Assembly (NCBI GenBank): GCA_049510095.1
Contig: JBEKZG010000001.1
Coordinates: 1-39,653 of the forward strand
From: Terracidiphilus sp.
Lineage (GTDB): Bacteria > Acidobacteriota > Terriglobia > Terriglobales > Acidobacteriaceae
DNA: 39,653 bases
Direction: 5' to 3'
A program made the translations under genes and the position numbers. This document shows positions 1 to 7,668 of this stretch, one piece after another. Under the pieces are notes generated by a model, which searched no databases, was not told the DNA's origin, and saw only the letters and a list, made by a program, of their open reading frames with translations. Each line of letters starts with the position of its first letter. Position 1 is the stretch's first letter.

Positions 1-2
1 TG

Positions 3-233
3 CGGCAGGATGTGCTGGCCAGCGGGAGTTATATTTCGGCGAACGACCGGCGGCCGCATTTTGGGCTGGGCGACGCTACGGATGCGGGGACGGCGGAGAT
101 TCATTGGCCGGATGGGACGAAGGAGACGGTGAAGCTGCCGGCGGCGGACCGGATTTATACGATTACCGAGGGGCAGGGGATTACGGGGGCGCTTTGCGGG
201 GGGAAGGCTTGCGAAGGTGGTGCGACGCATTGA
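3..233 (+). CDS. C-terminal fragment of a CRTAC1/ASPIC-UnbV domain protein (5' truncated by window edge)
   Basis: Frame open from window start. GSYISANDRRPHFGLG followed by EIHWPDG matches the ASPIC/UnbV pattern. Confidence 0.8.
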   Translation, partial: RQDVLASGSYISANDRRPHFGLGDATDAGTAEIHWPDGTKETVKLPAADRIYTITEGQGITGALCGGKACEGGATH

Positions 234-286
234 GCAATTCTCAAATGTCACGGATCGAATTAAGGGTTTAGGCGTAGATTGATTGC

Positions 287-922
287 ATGAATTGGCGGCG
301 GGGACTTTTGTTGGCTGGGATTCATTTGGTTGTGGCTTGGATTCTGGTTGGGTGGCAAGAAGCGGGCGATTGGTCCAGTCGCAGTAGCAATGCGGGTCCT
401 AAGACTACCGCAACGCTACGCTTGACGGCCTGGCAGGAAGGGGAGCAGGCCGTGCCCTTCGATCCATGCAATGGCGGTTATGTGTGTTATTGGGTAACGC
501 CTCAGTATCAGGTTGTTTCTGTGGCAGACTTTCCGGCCGTAGCGATCTCGGGTTGGTTCCTGCCTTGCCCGCCGCCTTGGACTTTAGCTGGAATCCTGCG
601 CAGAGGATCTTCCAACGTTTCCCGGAGTGAGGCTTTGCTCGTTGCGGCCTCCCTTTGTGCACTCGTTCCCCTGCAGTGGTTCCTGATCGGTGCGTTCCCA
701 CTCATTCGGCCTCGAAGGTGGTGGTTGGAGCCGGGAGCGATCATCACTGTGTGGACGGTGGTTGCATTTGTTATGGTGCTAATTCCCGGAACCCGCGACA
801 TTGCGAATTTCCCGATGCTAGTTGCCGTACTTGGATGGATCTATTGGTTAGCACTGCTAGTCTGGAAGGGTTTTCGCACGGGATGGCGGCTGGTTATGCC
901 GAAGCCCGCAGCCGCGGGTTAA
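287..922 (+). CDS. Hypothetical integral membrane protein, 211 aa
   Basis: ATG start, N-terminal hydrophobic helix plus about 3 C-terminal TM segments; fits between two same-strand genes without overlap. Confidence 0.65.
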   Translation: MNWRRGLLLAGIHLVVAWILVGWQEAGDWSSRSSNAGPKTTATLRLTAWQEGEQAVPFDPCNGGYVCYWVTPQYQVVSVADFPAVAISGWFLPCPPPWTLAGILRRGSSNVSRSEALLVAASLCALVPLQWFLIGAFPLIRPRRWWLEPGAIITVWTVVAFVMVLIPGTRDIANFPMLVAVLGWIYWLALLVWKGFRTGWRLVMPKPAAAG

Positions 923-986
923 GCTTGGTGGTCAACGGTCTTGGAATTAGGCCGTCTAAAGGGGTGAAGGTGTGTTCGAACCCATC

Positions 987-2186
987 ATGATGCGAAATCA
1001 ACTTGTATTCAGATTCTCTTTGACTTTGTTGGCGATCGGTTGTGCGCCTGTGGCGAGTCTGGCTCAACAGGCTGCCAACACCGGGCCTCAGCCTGCTGGC
1101 GATCAGCCCTCCGCAACCCTGAAGATTCAGGCGCGGGAGGTGGTGCTGCCGGTGACCGTGCGCGACAAGAAGGGCGCGCTGGTGACCACGCTGAAGATCA
1201 GTGACTTTGCGCTGACCGAAGATGGGCGGGCGCAGACGATCAAGAGCTTTACGCGGGAGAGCAACCTGCCGTTCCGGCTGGGGCTGCTGGTGGATACGAG
1301 CCACAGCGTTTCCGGTGCGATGGACAGCGAGCGCAAGGCGGCGGGAAAGTTTGTGGATGCGATGCTGCCAGCCGATCCCAAGACGGATACGCAAAAGGAT
1401 GAGGCCTTCCTGATCCACTTCGACCGGGAGGTGGAACTGCTGGAAGACTTTACCAACTCGCGCGACAAGCTGCACCACGAACTGGACGATATGGGGCCGA
1501 CGCGGGCTGCCAACAATTCGTCAAGCGGGCCGGAGACGAGCGACAGCGACAGCGGCGGCGGCAGGCAGACGCACAGGGGCGGCGGCACGCAGCTTTACGA
1601 CGCGATCTACCTGGCATCCGATGAGTTGATGAAGCCCAAGGATGGACGGAAGGCGCTGATTGTTTTTTCCGACGGCGTGGACCGGGGCAGCAAGGAGACG
1701 CTGAATGACGCGGTGGATGCGGCGGACCGGGCGAACCTGGCGGTTTATACGATCTATTTCAAAGGCGAGCAGGAAGGCGGCCAGAACAACGGCTTTCCCG
1801 GCGGCGGAAGGCACGGGGGAATGGGCGGGGGTGGTTATCCCGGTGGCGGCGGCGGGTACCCTGGTGGCGGAGGTGGCTATCCCGGCGGCGGTGGCCAACG
1901 GCGCGGTGGCGGCTCGAATGAGCCCCAGGTGGATGGGAAAAAGATCATGGAGAAAATTGCCACGCGCACCGGAGGCCGGTATTTCGAGGCCAAGGGCAAG
2001 GATAAGCTGGACGAGATCTATGGGCAGATTGCCGAGGAACTGCGCGGGCAGTATCTGCTGACTTATACGCCGGACATGGTGGACAATGACGGTGGGTTTC
2101 ACAAGATCGGGCTGAAGGCGAACAAAGACGATTTGATTGTGGTGACGCGGGAAGGGTATTACGCGCCGGGCGGGGATTCGAAGTAG
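987..2186 (+). CDS. Secreted VWA-domain protein (Acidobacterial VWFA-related type)
   Basis: Signal peptide, VVLPVTVRDKKG strand, MIDAS elements DTSHS / GGTQLYDAI / FSDG, C-terminal QYLLTY...REGYY. Start at 987 or 990. Confidence 0.88.
   Translation: MMRNQLVFRFSLTLLAIGCAPVASLAQQAANTGPQPAGDQPSATLKIQAREVVLPVTVRDKKGALVTTLKISDFALTEDGRAQTIKSFTRESNLPFRLGLLVDTSHSVSGAMDSERKAAGKFVDAMLPADPKTDTQKDEAFLIHFDREVELLEDFTNSRDKLHHELDDMGPTRAANNSSSGPETSDSDSGGGRQTHRGGGTQLYDAIYLASDELMKPKDGRKALIVFSDGVDRGSKETLNDAVDAADRANLAVYTIYFKGEQEGGQNNGFPGGGRHGGMGGGGYPGGGGGYPGGGGGYPGGGGQRRGGGSNEPQVDGKKIMEKIATRTGGRYFEAKGKDKLDEIYGQIAEELRGQYLLTYTPDMVDNDGGFHKIGLKANKDDLIVVTREGYYAPGGDSK
1822..1896 (+). repeat. In-frame Gly-rich repeat (GGGG(G)YP x3) inside the VWA gene
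   Basis: MGGGGYPGGGGGYPGGGGGYPGGGG, 21-bp period with synonymous variation. Confidence 0.8.
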
Positions 2187-2192
2187 AAGAGT

Positions 2193-3041
2193 TCAGCTGG
2201 CGACCGCGGGAGCTGGCTCGGCGAGAGTCGTGGATTCCGCCGGTTCTTCCTCGGTGACTACGAAAAAATAACGCAGGTCAGCCTGGCCGAACGAAGTGGT
2301 TATGGCAACGTCCGAGGCATCGCGGCCGGTTGCCATGAGCACACGGCCAATGCGAGGCTGGTTGTTGCGGGCGTCGAATGTCCACCAGCGATGGTCGAGG
2401 TACACCTCAAACCACGCACTGAAGTCCATGGGCAGACGGAGCGGCACGCCAATATCGCCCAGATAGCCAGTGGCGTAGCGGGCGGGGATGTTGAGTGCGC
2501 GGCAAAAGGTGATGGCGAGGTGCTGGAAGTCGCGGCATACGCCGACCCGCTCAGTGAACACGTCGAGAGCGGTTTTTGTGGGCCGCGCCTGCTGATAGTT
2601 AAACGTCACATGGCTGTTTACCCAGTTGCAAATGGCTTGCACGCGACCCCATCCTGGCGCAAAGCCCCCAAACAGTTCGATCGCGATATTTGAAAAGCGA
2701 TCCACTTCGCAGTAACGGCTGTTGAGAAGGAAAGTAAGAACCTCGTGGGGCAGATCGCCGACGGCGTGCTCGCGAGCTGACCAATCGAGCGGGTCAGGTT
2801 TACCCGAATCTCGAATGAGGTTGTGGCTGCTCAACTTCAATCGGCCTGCGGGCGCAACGAAGCGCGAGCAACGATTACCGAAGTTGTCGATGTAGGAGGT
2901 GACGTCGAGCTTTGGCTCTGTTTGCAGCTCGTCAGGCTCCAGGAGGTCGTGAACGCGGGAGGGATGGACGTTGAGCAGCGCGACCATGGCGACCGGCGCC
3001 GGAAGGTCGAATTGAAGGTCGTATCCAAGACGGATGAGCAT
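2193..3041 (-). CDS. Transglutaminase-like family protein, 282 aa
   Basis: SRYC, GVCRDFQHLAI..CRALNIPARY.TGYLGD, MDFSAWFEVYL...W.TFDAR and GRDA motifs. ATG at 3041 preferred over TTG at 3050. Confidence 0.9.
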   Translation of the reverse strand: MLIRLGYDLQFDLPAPVAMVALLNVHPSRVHDLLEPDELQTEPKLDVTSYIDNFGNRCSRFVAPAGRLKLSSHNLIRDSGKPDPLDWSAREHAVGDLPHEVLTFLLNSRYCEVDRFSNIAIELFGGFAPGWGRVQAICNWVNSHVTFNYQQARPTKTALDVFTERVGVCRDFQHLAITFCRALNIPARYATGYLGDIGVPLRLPMDFSAWFEVYLDHRWWTFDARNNQPRIGRVLMATGRDASDVAITTSFGQADLRYFFVVTEEEPAESTTLAEPAPAVAS

Positions 3042-3123
3042 TTGCTGCAAAGGCCTCTGAGTTGAGAATACGGGATAATTGCGCTTAGGGCGCGAAGAGA
3101 GCCGAACGGACGACTCAGGTTGA

Positions 3124-3204
3124 TCGCCCGGATACGCGAGACTATCTCGATTACGCGATCGGGATTGCGTGTTCTGGATTGCGTATCATTGCGTATCCGG
3201 GCGA
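3124..3204. repeat. Perfect 14-bp inverted repeat enclosing iterated ATTGCG motifs
   Basis: TCGCCCGGATACGC (3124-3137) and GCGTATCCGGGCGA (3191-3204). Confidence 0.75.
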
Positions 3205-3235
3205 CGGTTTATGGATTGCGGCCTGATGCCGTGAT

Positions 3236-3844
3236 TCAGGCGTGGGATGAAATGCCTACTTCAAGGGCCCGCGATTCAGCAGGCGCGGTGATTTGCAGGA
3301 GTTCGTCGAACAAGGCGCGATAATGCAGGATCGCGTTTCGCAATTCTTCCGTGGTGGCCTCGTTTCTTGCGGCGCGCAGCGTGACATCGTGCGCGGTGCG
3401 GTAGGGGCCGACGAAGTTGCAGTGGTGGACGGAGATATCGGCAGCGCGCTCTTCGAAGACGGCAGTGGGGTAGCCGCGGGTTTGAAGGATGGAATTGATA
3501 AGCTCATCCGCTTCAACCACAGCTCCCCTGGGTTGATCGACGAATCTCGACTGCACGATGTCCCATTCAGCGATGAAGCGAGCGCGCTCCGAGGGCGTGA
3601 GTTCTCGAATTTTGAGGTGATTGATGCGCCGGACGCGGGTCACCATGGCTGCCTCGGCGCGCCTCCGGGTACCTTCGTTGCGAAGGATCAGATCGTACTC
3701 GGTTCCAAATCGACTGCGCAGTATTTCTGTTCTCTTTCTGCGCTGGTACACGGCGATGGCGATTGCAACGACGATCAGGATCAATGCAACCACCAGCCAA
3801 GTGATTACGGTGGGACTCGTAAATGTGGTTGAGTCAAAATGCAT
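3236..3844 (-). CDS. Hypothetical membrane-anchored protein, 202 aa
   Basis: GGAGG RBS before ATG 3844; single N-terminal TM followed by a basic stretch, LRSRFGTEYD, FVDQPRGAV.EAD and TEELR.A..HYR.LF segments. The upstream extension in the ORF track looks non-coding. Confidence 0.8.
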   Translation of the reverse strand: MHFDSTTFTSPTVITWLVVALILIVVAIAIAVYQRRKRTEILRSRFGTEYDLILRNEGTRRRAEAAMVTRVRRINHLKIRELTPSERARFIAEWDIVQSRFVDQPRGAVVEADELINSILQTRGYPTAVFEERAADISVHHCNFVGPYRTAHDVTLRAARNEATTEELRNAILHYRALFDELLQITAPAESRALEVGISSHA

Positions 3845-4269
3845 GAATGTTTCCTCCGATTGGGCGTCCGAGGGCGGTGGAGGACACTCGCGAAAAAGCC
3901 GATTTCCGGCATTTTTCCAAACAGAATGAATCCACCGGCCGGGGCCCGTACGTTCCTGTGTTGGGATGAGAATCACGGCTTTGCCGTTGCTTGGGGAAAA
4001 GCCGCGCAAGGGGTGTGCACAACCACGGGAGCTGCTTCTGATTCGACATTCGAAACAATGGTGCGACAAAGGCGCGGCGCAAGTTGCGGCAAGCATTAGG
4101 GAAGGCGGAACGGGTGAATGCCGCAAGGGCATCCGCCATGGCGAACGCCCCTGTTTATTTGCATGCTGAATGAATCAGCAGGTTCCGCTGTGAATGTCGG
4201 GCGGCTGAAACTCCTGGAGCGAGGCCTGGGCGGCACGAAAAGTCCGCGAGCGAGATCGAGCTGAGGGCT

Positions 4270-5454
4270 TTATAGCTGCGCGGGAACTGCCTGCGTGCCG
4301 AGAAGCGGTGTGTGACCGTTGCATTCGCCGATCTGACAGAGGTTCAGAAGGGAGCCGGCAGGTTTGGAATTGGGTCCTTTCCAATCGCCATAGGCGGGTT
4401 CGCAGGTGGCGCATTGAGGGGCCGGCAATGCGACGGCAGCTTCCGGTCTCCATGTGAGGCTTCTTTCGGAGAGAATTTGCTCCCACGGCACGACGATGCA
4501 ATCCCACTGGGGAAGGACCTCGGCGTATGCGGCTCGGCACAGGCGGTCGAAATCGTCATAGCCCCTTGCGAAGTAGCGTTCGGTTAACTCGGAAAGAGAG
4601 CCGTCCCGGATGTTGCCGAGCGCGTAGCGATGGCTCAATGTGGGTACTTCCGGAAGCACGGTTCCGTCTTCCCGGATGACGAGTTTCTTGATTTCCTTTG
4701 TGACGCCGCGGTGACAGCCCGTTCCGTTGCACACGAAGGCTCCGCAGGGATGTTGCAGGAGAAACTTCTTCTTTGCGCCGATTACCTGGCATTTGAGATT
4801 GCGGATTTCAGGCCGGTTTGCGAGATCGGTCAGTTTGAGAATCAACCTGTTCAACTGCGCGAAGCTCAGGCAGGAGTCCGTGATTTGCGTGCCGCGGCCG
4901 AGATTCAAGAGAGGCTGTGCGAAGAATTCGCCGGCACCGACATTCGCGGCCCAGTGAACGAGAAAGTCGAGCGAATCGAGATTCTTTTGAGAGATGCTGC
5001 CGATGATGGTGAGGGGAATGCCCGCGTCCACGGCATGGCGAGCGCCGCGCTCAGAGGAGCGAAACGCCCCCGGTAAATTCCTGAAGCGATCATGGAACTC
5101 CGGCTGGCCATCGATGCTGATGTTGATGCGGAGACCCAACTTCCGGAACTGCTCGGCCTTTCCGGCGGTGAGCAACGTACCATTGGTGCAGAGAGTGGTT
5201 TGGACATTGGGTAGATTGGCCGCGGCCTCGAGAACTTGATCGAGACCGCGATAAAGCAGGGGTTCGCCACCGGTAACAACGATGGTTCCTATGCCAAGCC
5301 TGGGGCACTCTTCGATTGCCTGAAGCACAAGCTCCAATGGCAACTGCTCCGTCCGCCGAGGAGAGCCTTCCATGTAACAGTGAAGGCACTCCAGGTTACA
5401 GCGGCCAAGCAGGTGAATCATTAACAGGCCAGGCGGATGATTTGCAGTTGCCAT
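4270..5454 (-). CDS. Radical SAM protein with atypical SPASM/twitch-like C-terminal domain, 394 aa
   Basis: C19-x3-C23-x2-C26 (CNLECLHC), TGGEPLL, TNG, ISIDG...HD..R..G.F, GRG; C-terminal CGAFVCNGTGC, LVIREDGTVLPE, LGNI and CATC. Confidence 0.93.
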   Translation of the reverse strand: MATANHPPGLLMIHLLGRCNLECLHCYMEGSPRRTEQLPLELVLQAIEECPRLGIGTIVVTGGEPLLYRGLDQVLEAAANLPNVQTTLCTNGTLLTAGKAEQFRKLGLRINISIDGQPEFHDRFRNLPGAFRSSERGARHAVDAGIPLTIIGSISQKNLDSLDFLVHWAANVGAGEFFAQPLLNLGRGTQITDSCLSFAQLNRLILKLTDLANRPEIRNLKCQVIGAKKKFLLQHPCGAFVCNGTGCHRGVTKEIKKLVIREDGTVLPEVPTLSHRYALGNIRDGSLSELTERYFARGYDDFDRLCRAAYAEVLPQWDCIVVPWEQILSERSLTWRPEAAVALPAPQCATCEPAYGDWKGPNSKPAGSLLNLCQIGECNGHTPLLGTQAVPAQL

Positions 5455-5520
5455 ACGAAAACCCCCAGGGGATGGGTTCCAATCAGGCGCGGCGGGAATC
5501 GAGCGGGGAAGCCGGTCTTA

Positions 5521-5553
5521 TTGGGATGGGTTGGAATGGGTTGGGATGGGTTG
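5521..5553. repeat. 10-bp tandem repeat TTGGRATGGG x3.3
   Basis: TTGGGATGGG TTGGAATGGG TTGGGATGGG TTG read directly; a partial copy lies at 5469-5478. Confidence 0.9.
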
Positions 5554-5556
5554 AAT

Positions 5557-5895
5557 CTAACCTTCAGTTTCGGTGGCGATCTGGCGGAGACCCACGGATT
5601 CAGCGTTGTCCAGGGAGACAACTCCCCAGTGCGGTGGGCGCGGGACGGTCCCGTAGCCGGGCTCGCCATCGCCGACAACAAAGTAATACTCGACCGATGC
5701 GCCGATGCCCGCTCCCAGGCCCTCTTGCTTCAGCCCGGCTTCAGCAACATGCTGGACAAGCTGCGAAGAGATCTGGGCAGCCGCCTGCTTTGCAACAGTA
5801 TCGGTGAACTCAAGAAGCCTTCCGCTGGCAATCACCGATCGCAACGCTTCGTGGTTGACGCTCAGTGTGAGATTTGCGATTTGATTATTTCCCAT
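5557..5895 (-). CDS. Small hypothetical protein, 112 aa; candidate precursor/substrate of the adjacent radical SAM enzyme
   Basis: Strong RBS GAGGAGG 8 nt before ATG 5895, protein-like composition, co-oriented 102 bp upstream of the rSAM gene. The precursor role is inference. Confidence 0.78.
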   Translation of the reverse strand: MGNNQIANLTLSVNHEALRSVIASGRLLEFTDTVAKQAAAQISSQLVQHVAEAGLKQEGLGAGIGASVEYYFVVGDGEPGYGTVPRPPHWGVVSLDNAESVGLRQIATETEG

Positions 5896-5995
5896 GGTGT
5901 GAACCTCCTCATGCATCTCTATATCGCTGCGCGGGGAGTTTTTCCTTTGCCGATTGGAATTGAATTCTGAATCTCTTTATGAATCTCGTGTGTAA

Positions 5996-6456
5996 GAACC
6001 CGTCTAAGAACTAAGTCGATCGGCGGAGGAGCAAATGCGCGAAGGCGATGTAAACCATGGAATCTGCCGGGGTGTGTCGCAATTCGCAGTCTTTGCTAAG
6101 TCGGGGTGACCAGTTGAGCCAAGCGAAGCTACGTTCGACGATCCAGCGCTTCGGTAGAACCTTGAACAGATGCCGGCCGAGTGAACAAGGACCGCCGGCA
6201 AATTGCCTTGCGTGTCTACAGCGATATGCCTCTTGCGCCCCTCGATCCTCTTGCCCGCGTCATACACGCGCCGCAGCGGATACTTGCGCGGACGCCCGCC
6301 CGCATCGCGGCTCCCCCAGAGCGGCTTCAGCAACGGCTCCAGCTCAACCCACCGCGCGCCGGTCAAATCGCCCGGATACATGCGCTTAACCTACCGCCAT
6401 CGCCAACCCGCGCCTATATAAGTCTTGGTTCCTCGTGTTAGTTTTTAGACAGGTTC
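5996..6456 (-). mobile_element. Internally deleted IS5-family (IS1031-like) element, 461 bp, with 19-bp TIRs and TAA target duplication
   Basis: Left end GAACCCGTCTAAGAACTAA (5996-6014) vs reverse complement of right end GAACCTGTCTAAAAACTAA (6438-6456), 17/19 identical; TAA at 5993-5995 and 6457-6459; transposase fragments inside. Confidence 0.92.
6011..6381 (-). pseudogene. IS5-family transposase remnant (three joined fragments, frameshifted)
   Basis: N-terminal YPGDLT...W..LEPLL...GGRPRK joined to [20 protein letters not shown], then in another frame [28 protein letters not shown]...LLRRST-stop. Confidence 0.9.
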
Positions 6457-6792
6457 TAAGGGAGTGCGGTGACCGTCCTAAGAAGAACCCCGGCGGGATC
6501 TGCGGGTTACGCCCAGGTGGGCGGCGGGAGCGCAAACGCTGATCCCATCGGATGAGAGCGTTGAGCCGGGCATCCCGTGGGTCAGCAGGAAATCGCCAGG
6601 GGAGTGTGCTCGCCGGCTTCGCCGGGTCCGTAGCTCCGGACCTGATGGTGCGGCGTGAAGATCCCTGCTTTGCCGATGGCGTGTTTCTATTGCGGGAAAA
6701 ACATGGTTAGCGTCATTGAAACGCGCGGAGCCCGCAAGCGCTTCAGCGCCCCGGGACGGCCGGTAATGGAGATATGCGATACTCGGAAAGGC

Positions 6793-7497
6793 ATGTATAA
6801 ACGCATTGTTCTGAAGCTTTCGGGTGAGGCTCTGGCAGGCGAACGCGGTTTCGGCCTTGATCCAGACAAAGTGGCTGGCATCACGGACGAGATCGTTGAA
6901 ATTCACGGCCTGGGTGTGGAAATTGGCATCGTGGTGGGTGGAGGGAATTTCTTCCGCGGTGTGGAGGGCCAGGCCAAGGAAATGGATCGGGTTAGCGCGG
7001 ACAGCATGGGGATGCTATCCACAGTAATCAACGCCATTGCGCTGCAGGACTCGATCGAGCGGCGGGGCGTGCAGTGCCGGGTCATGAGCGCAGTCTTCAT
7101 GAACCAGCTTGCCGAGCCGTATATTCGCCGGCGTGCGACACGCCACCTGGAAAAAGGCCGGATCGTGATTTTCGCGGCGGGCATTGGCAATCCGTTTTTC
7201 TCATCCGATACGGCAGCCAGCCTGCGCGCCATGGAGATCAAGGCAGATGTGCTGCTGAAGGGAACCAAGGTGGAAGGCATCTACAACGCCGACCCGGTGC
7301 TGGTGAAGGACGCGGTGAAGTACGACGAGATTACCTACATGGATATCCTGCGCCAGGGACTGAAGGTGATGGACCTGACTGCGGTGAGCCTGTGCAAGGA
7401 TAATGACCTGCCCCTGATTATCTTCAATATGAACCAGCCTGGAAACATCAAGCGGGTTGTGCTGGGCGAAAAGGTAGGATCGCTGGTGACCGCCTGA
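6793..7497 (+). CDS. pyrH: UMP kinase, 234 aa
   Basis: [50 protein letters not shown] and LKVMD motifs; GGAAAGG before ATG 6793. Confidence 0.97.
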   Translation: MYKRIVLKLSGEALAGERGFGLDPDKVAGITDEIVEIHGLGVEIGIVVGGGNFFRGVEGQAKEMDRVSADSMGMLSTVINAIALQDSIERRGVQCRVMSAVFMNQLAEPYIRRRATRHLEKGRIVIFAAGIGNPFFSSDTAASLRAMEIKADVLLKGTKVEGIYNADPVLVKDAVKYDEITYMDILRQGLKVMDLTAVSLCKDNDLPLIIFNMNQPGNIKRVVLGEKVGSLVTA

Positions 7498-7502
7498 ACC
7501 AA

Positions 7503-7528
7503 CCCACGGACGAAGACCTATCCGTGGG
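7503..7528 (+). terminator. Hairpin just after the pyrH stop (REP-like or terminator)
   Basis: CCCACGGA-N10-TCCGTGGG; no U-tract, so function is uncertain. Confidence 0.4.
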
Positions 7529-7668
7529 GGCCCCGGCGTGAGACGAAGTGTGAAGAAGTGAAACAGTGAAGAAGAGTGATCGGAGGTCAGTTATCGGAAT
7601 CCCCTGACTGACTTGGATTCGATCAATTGCGCGTATCGTCGGTCTGGCCGGAGACGTCTAATAGCTAA

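Noticed and set aside
5437-5970. 177-aa plus-strand ORF over the candidate precursor
   Set aside because: No RBS seen and it translates the decamer repeat; the minus-strand ORF has a strong RBS and is co-oriented with the rSAM gene.
6460-6790. Possible SRP RNA or riboswitch upstream of pyrH (minus-strand TCAGGTCCGGA, small hairpins)
   Set aside because: Lacks the GGAAGCAG half of the SRP domain IV motif and matches no riboswitch consensus I can verify; an Rfam scan would settle it.
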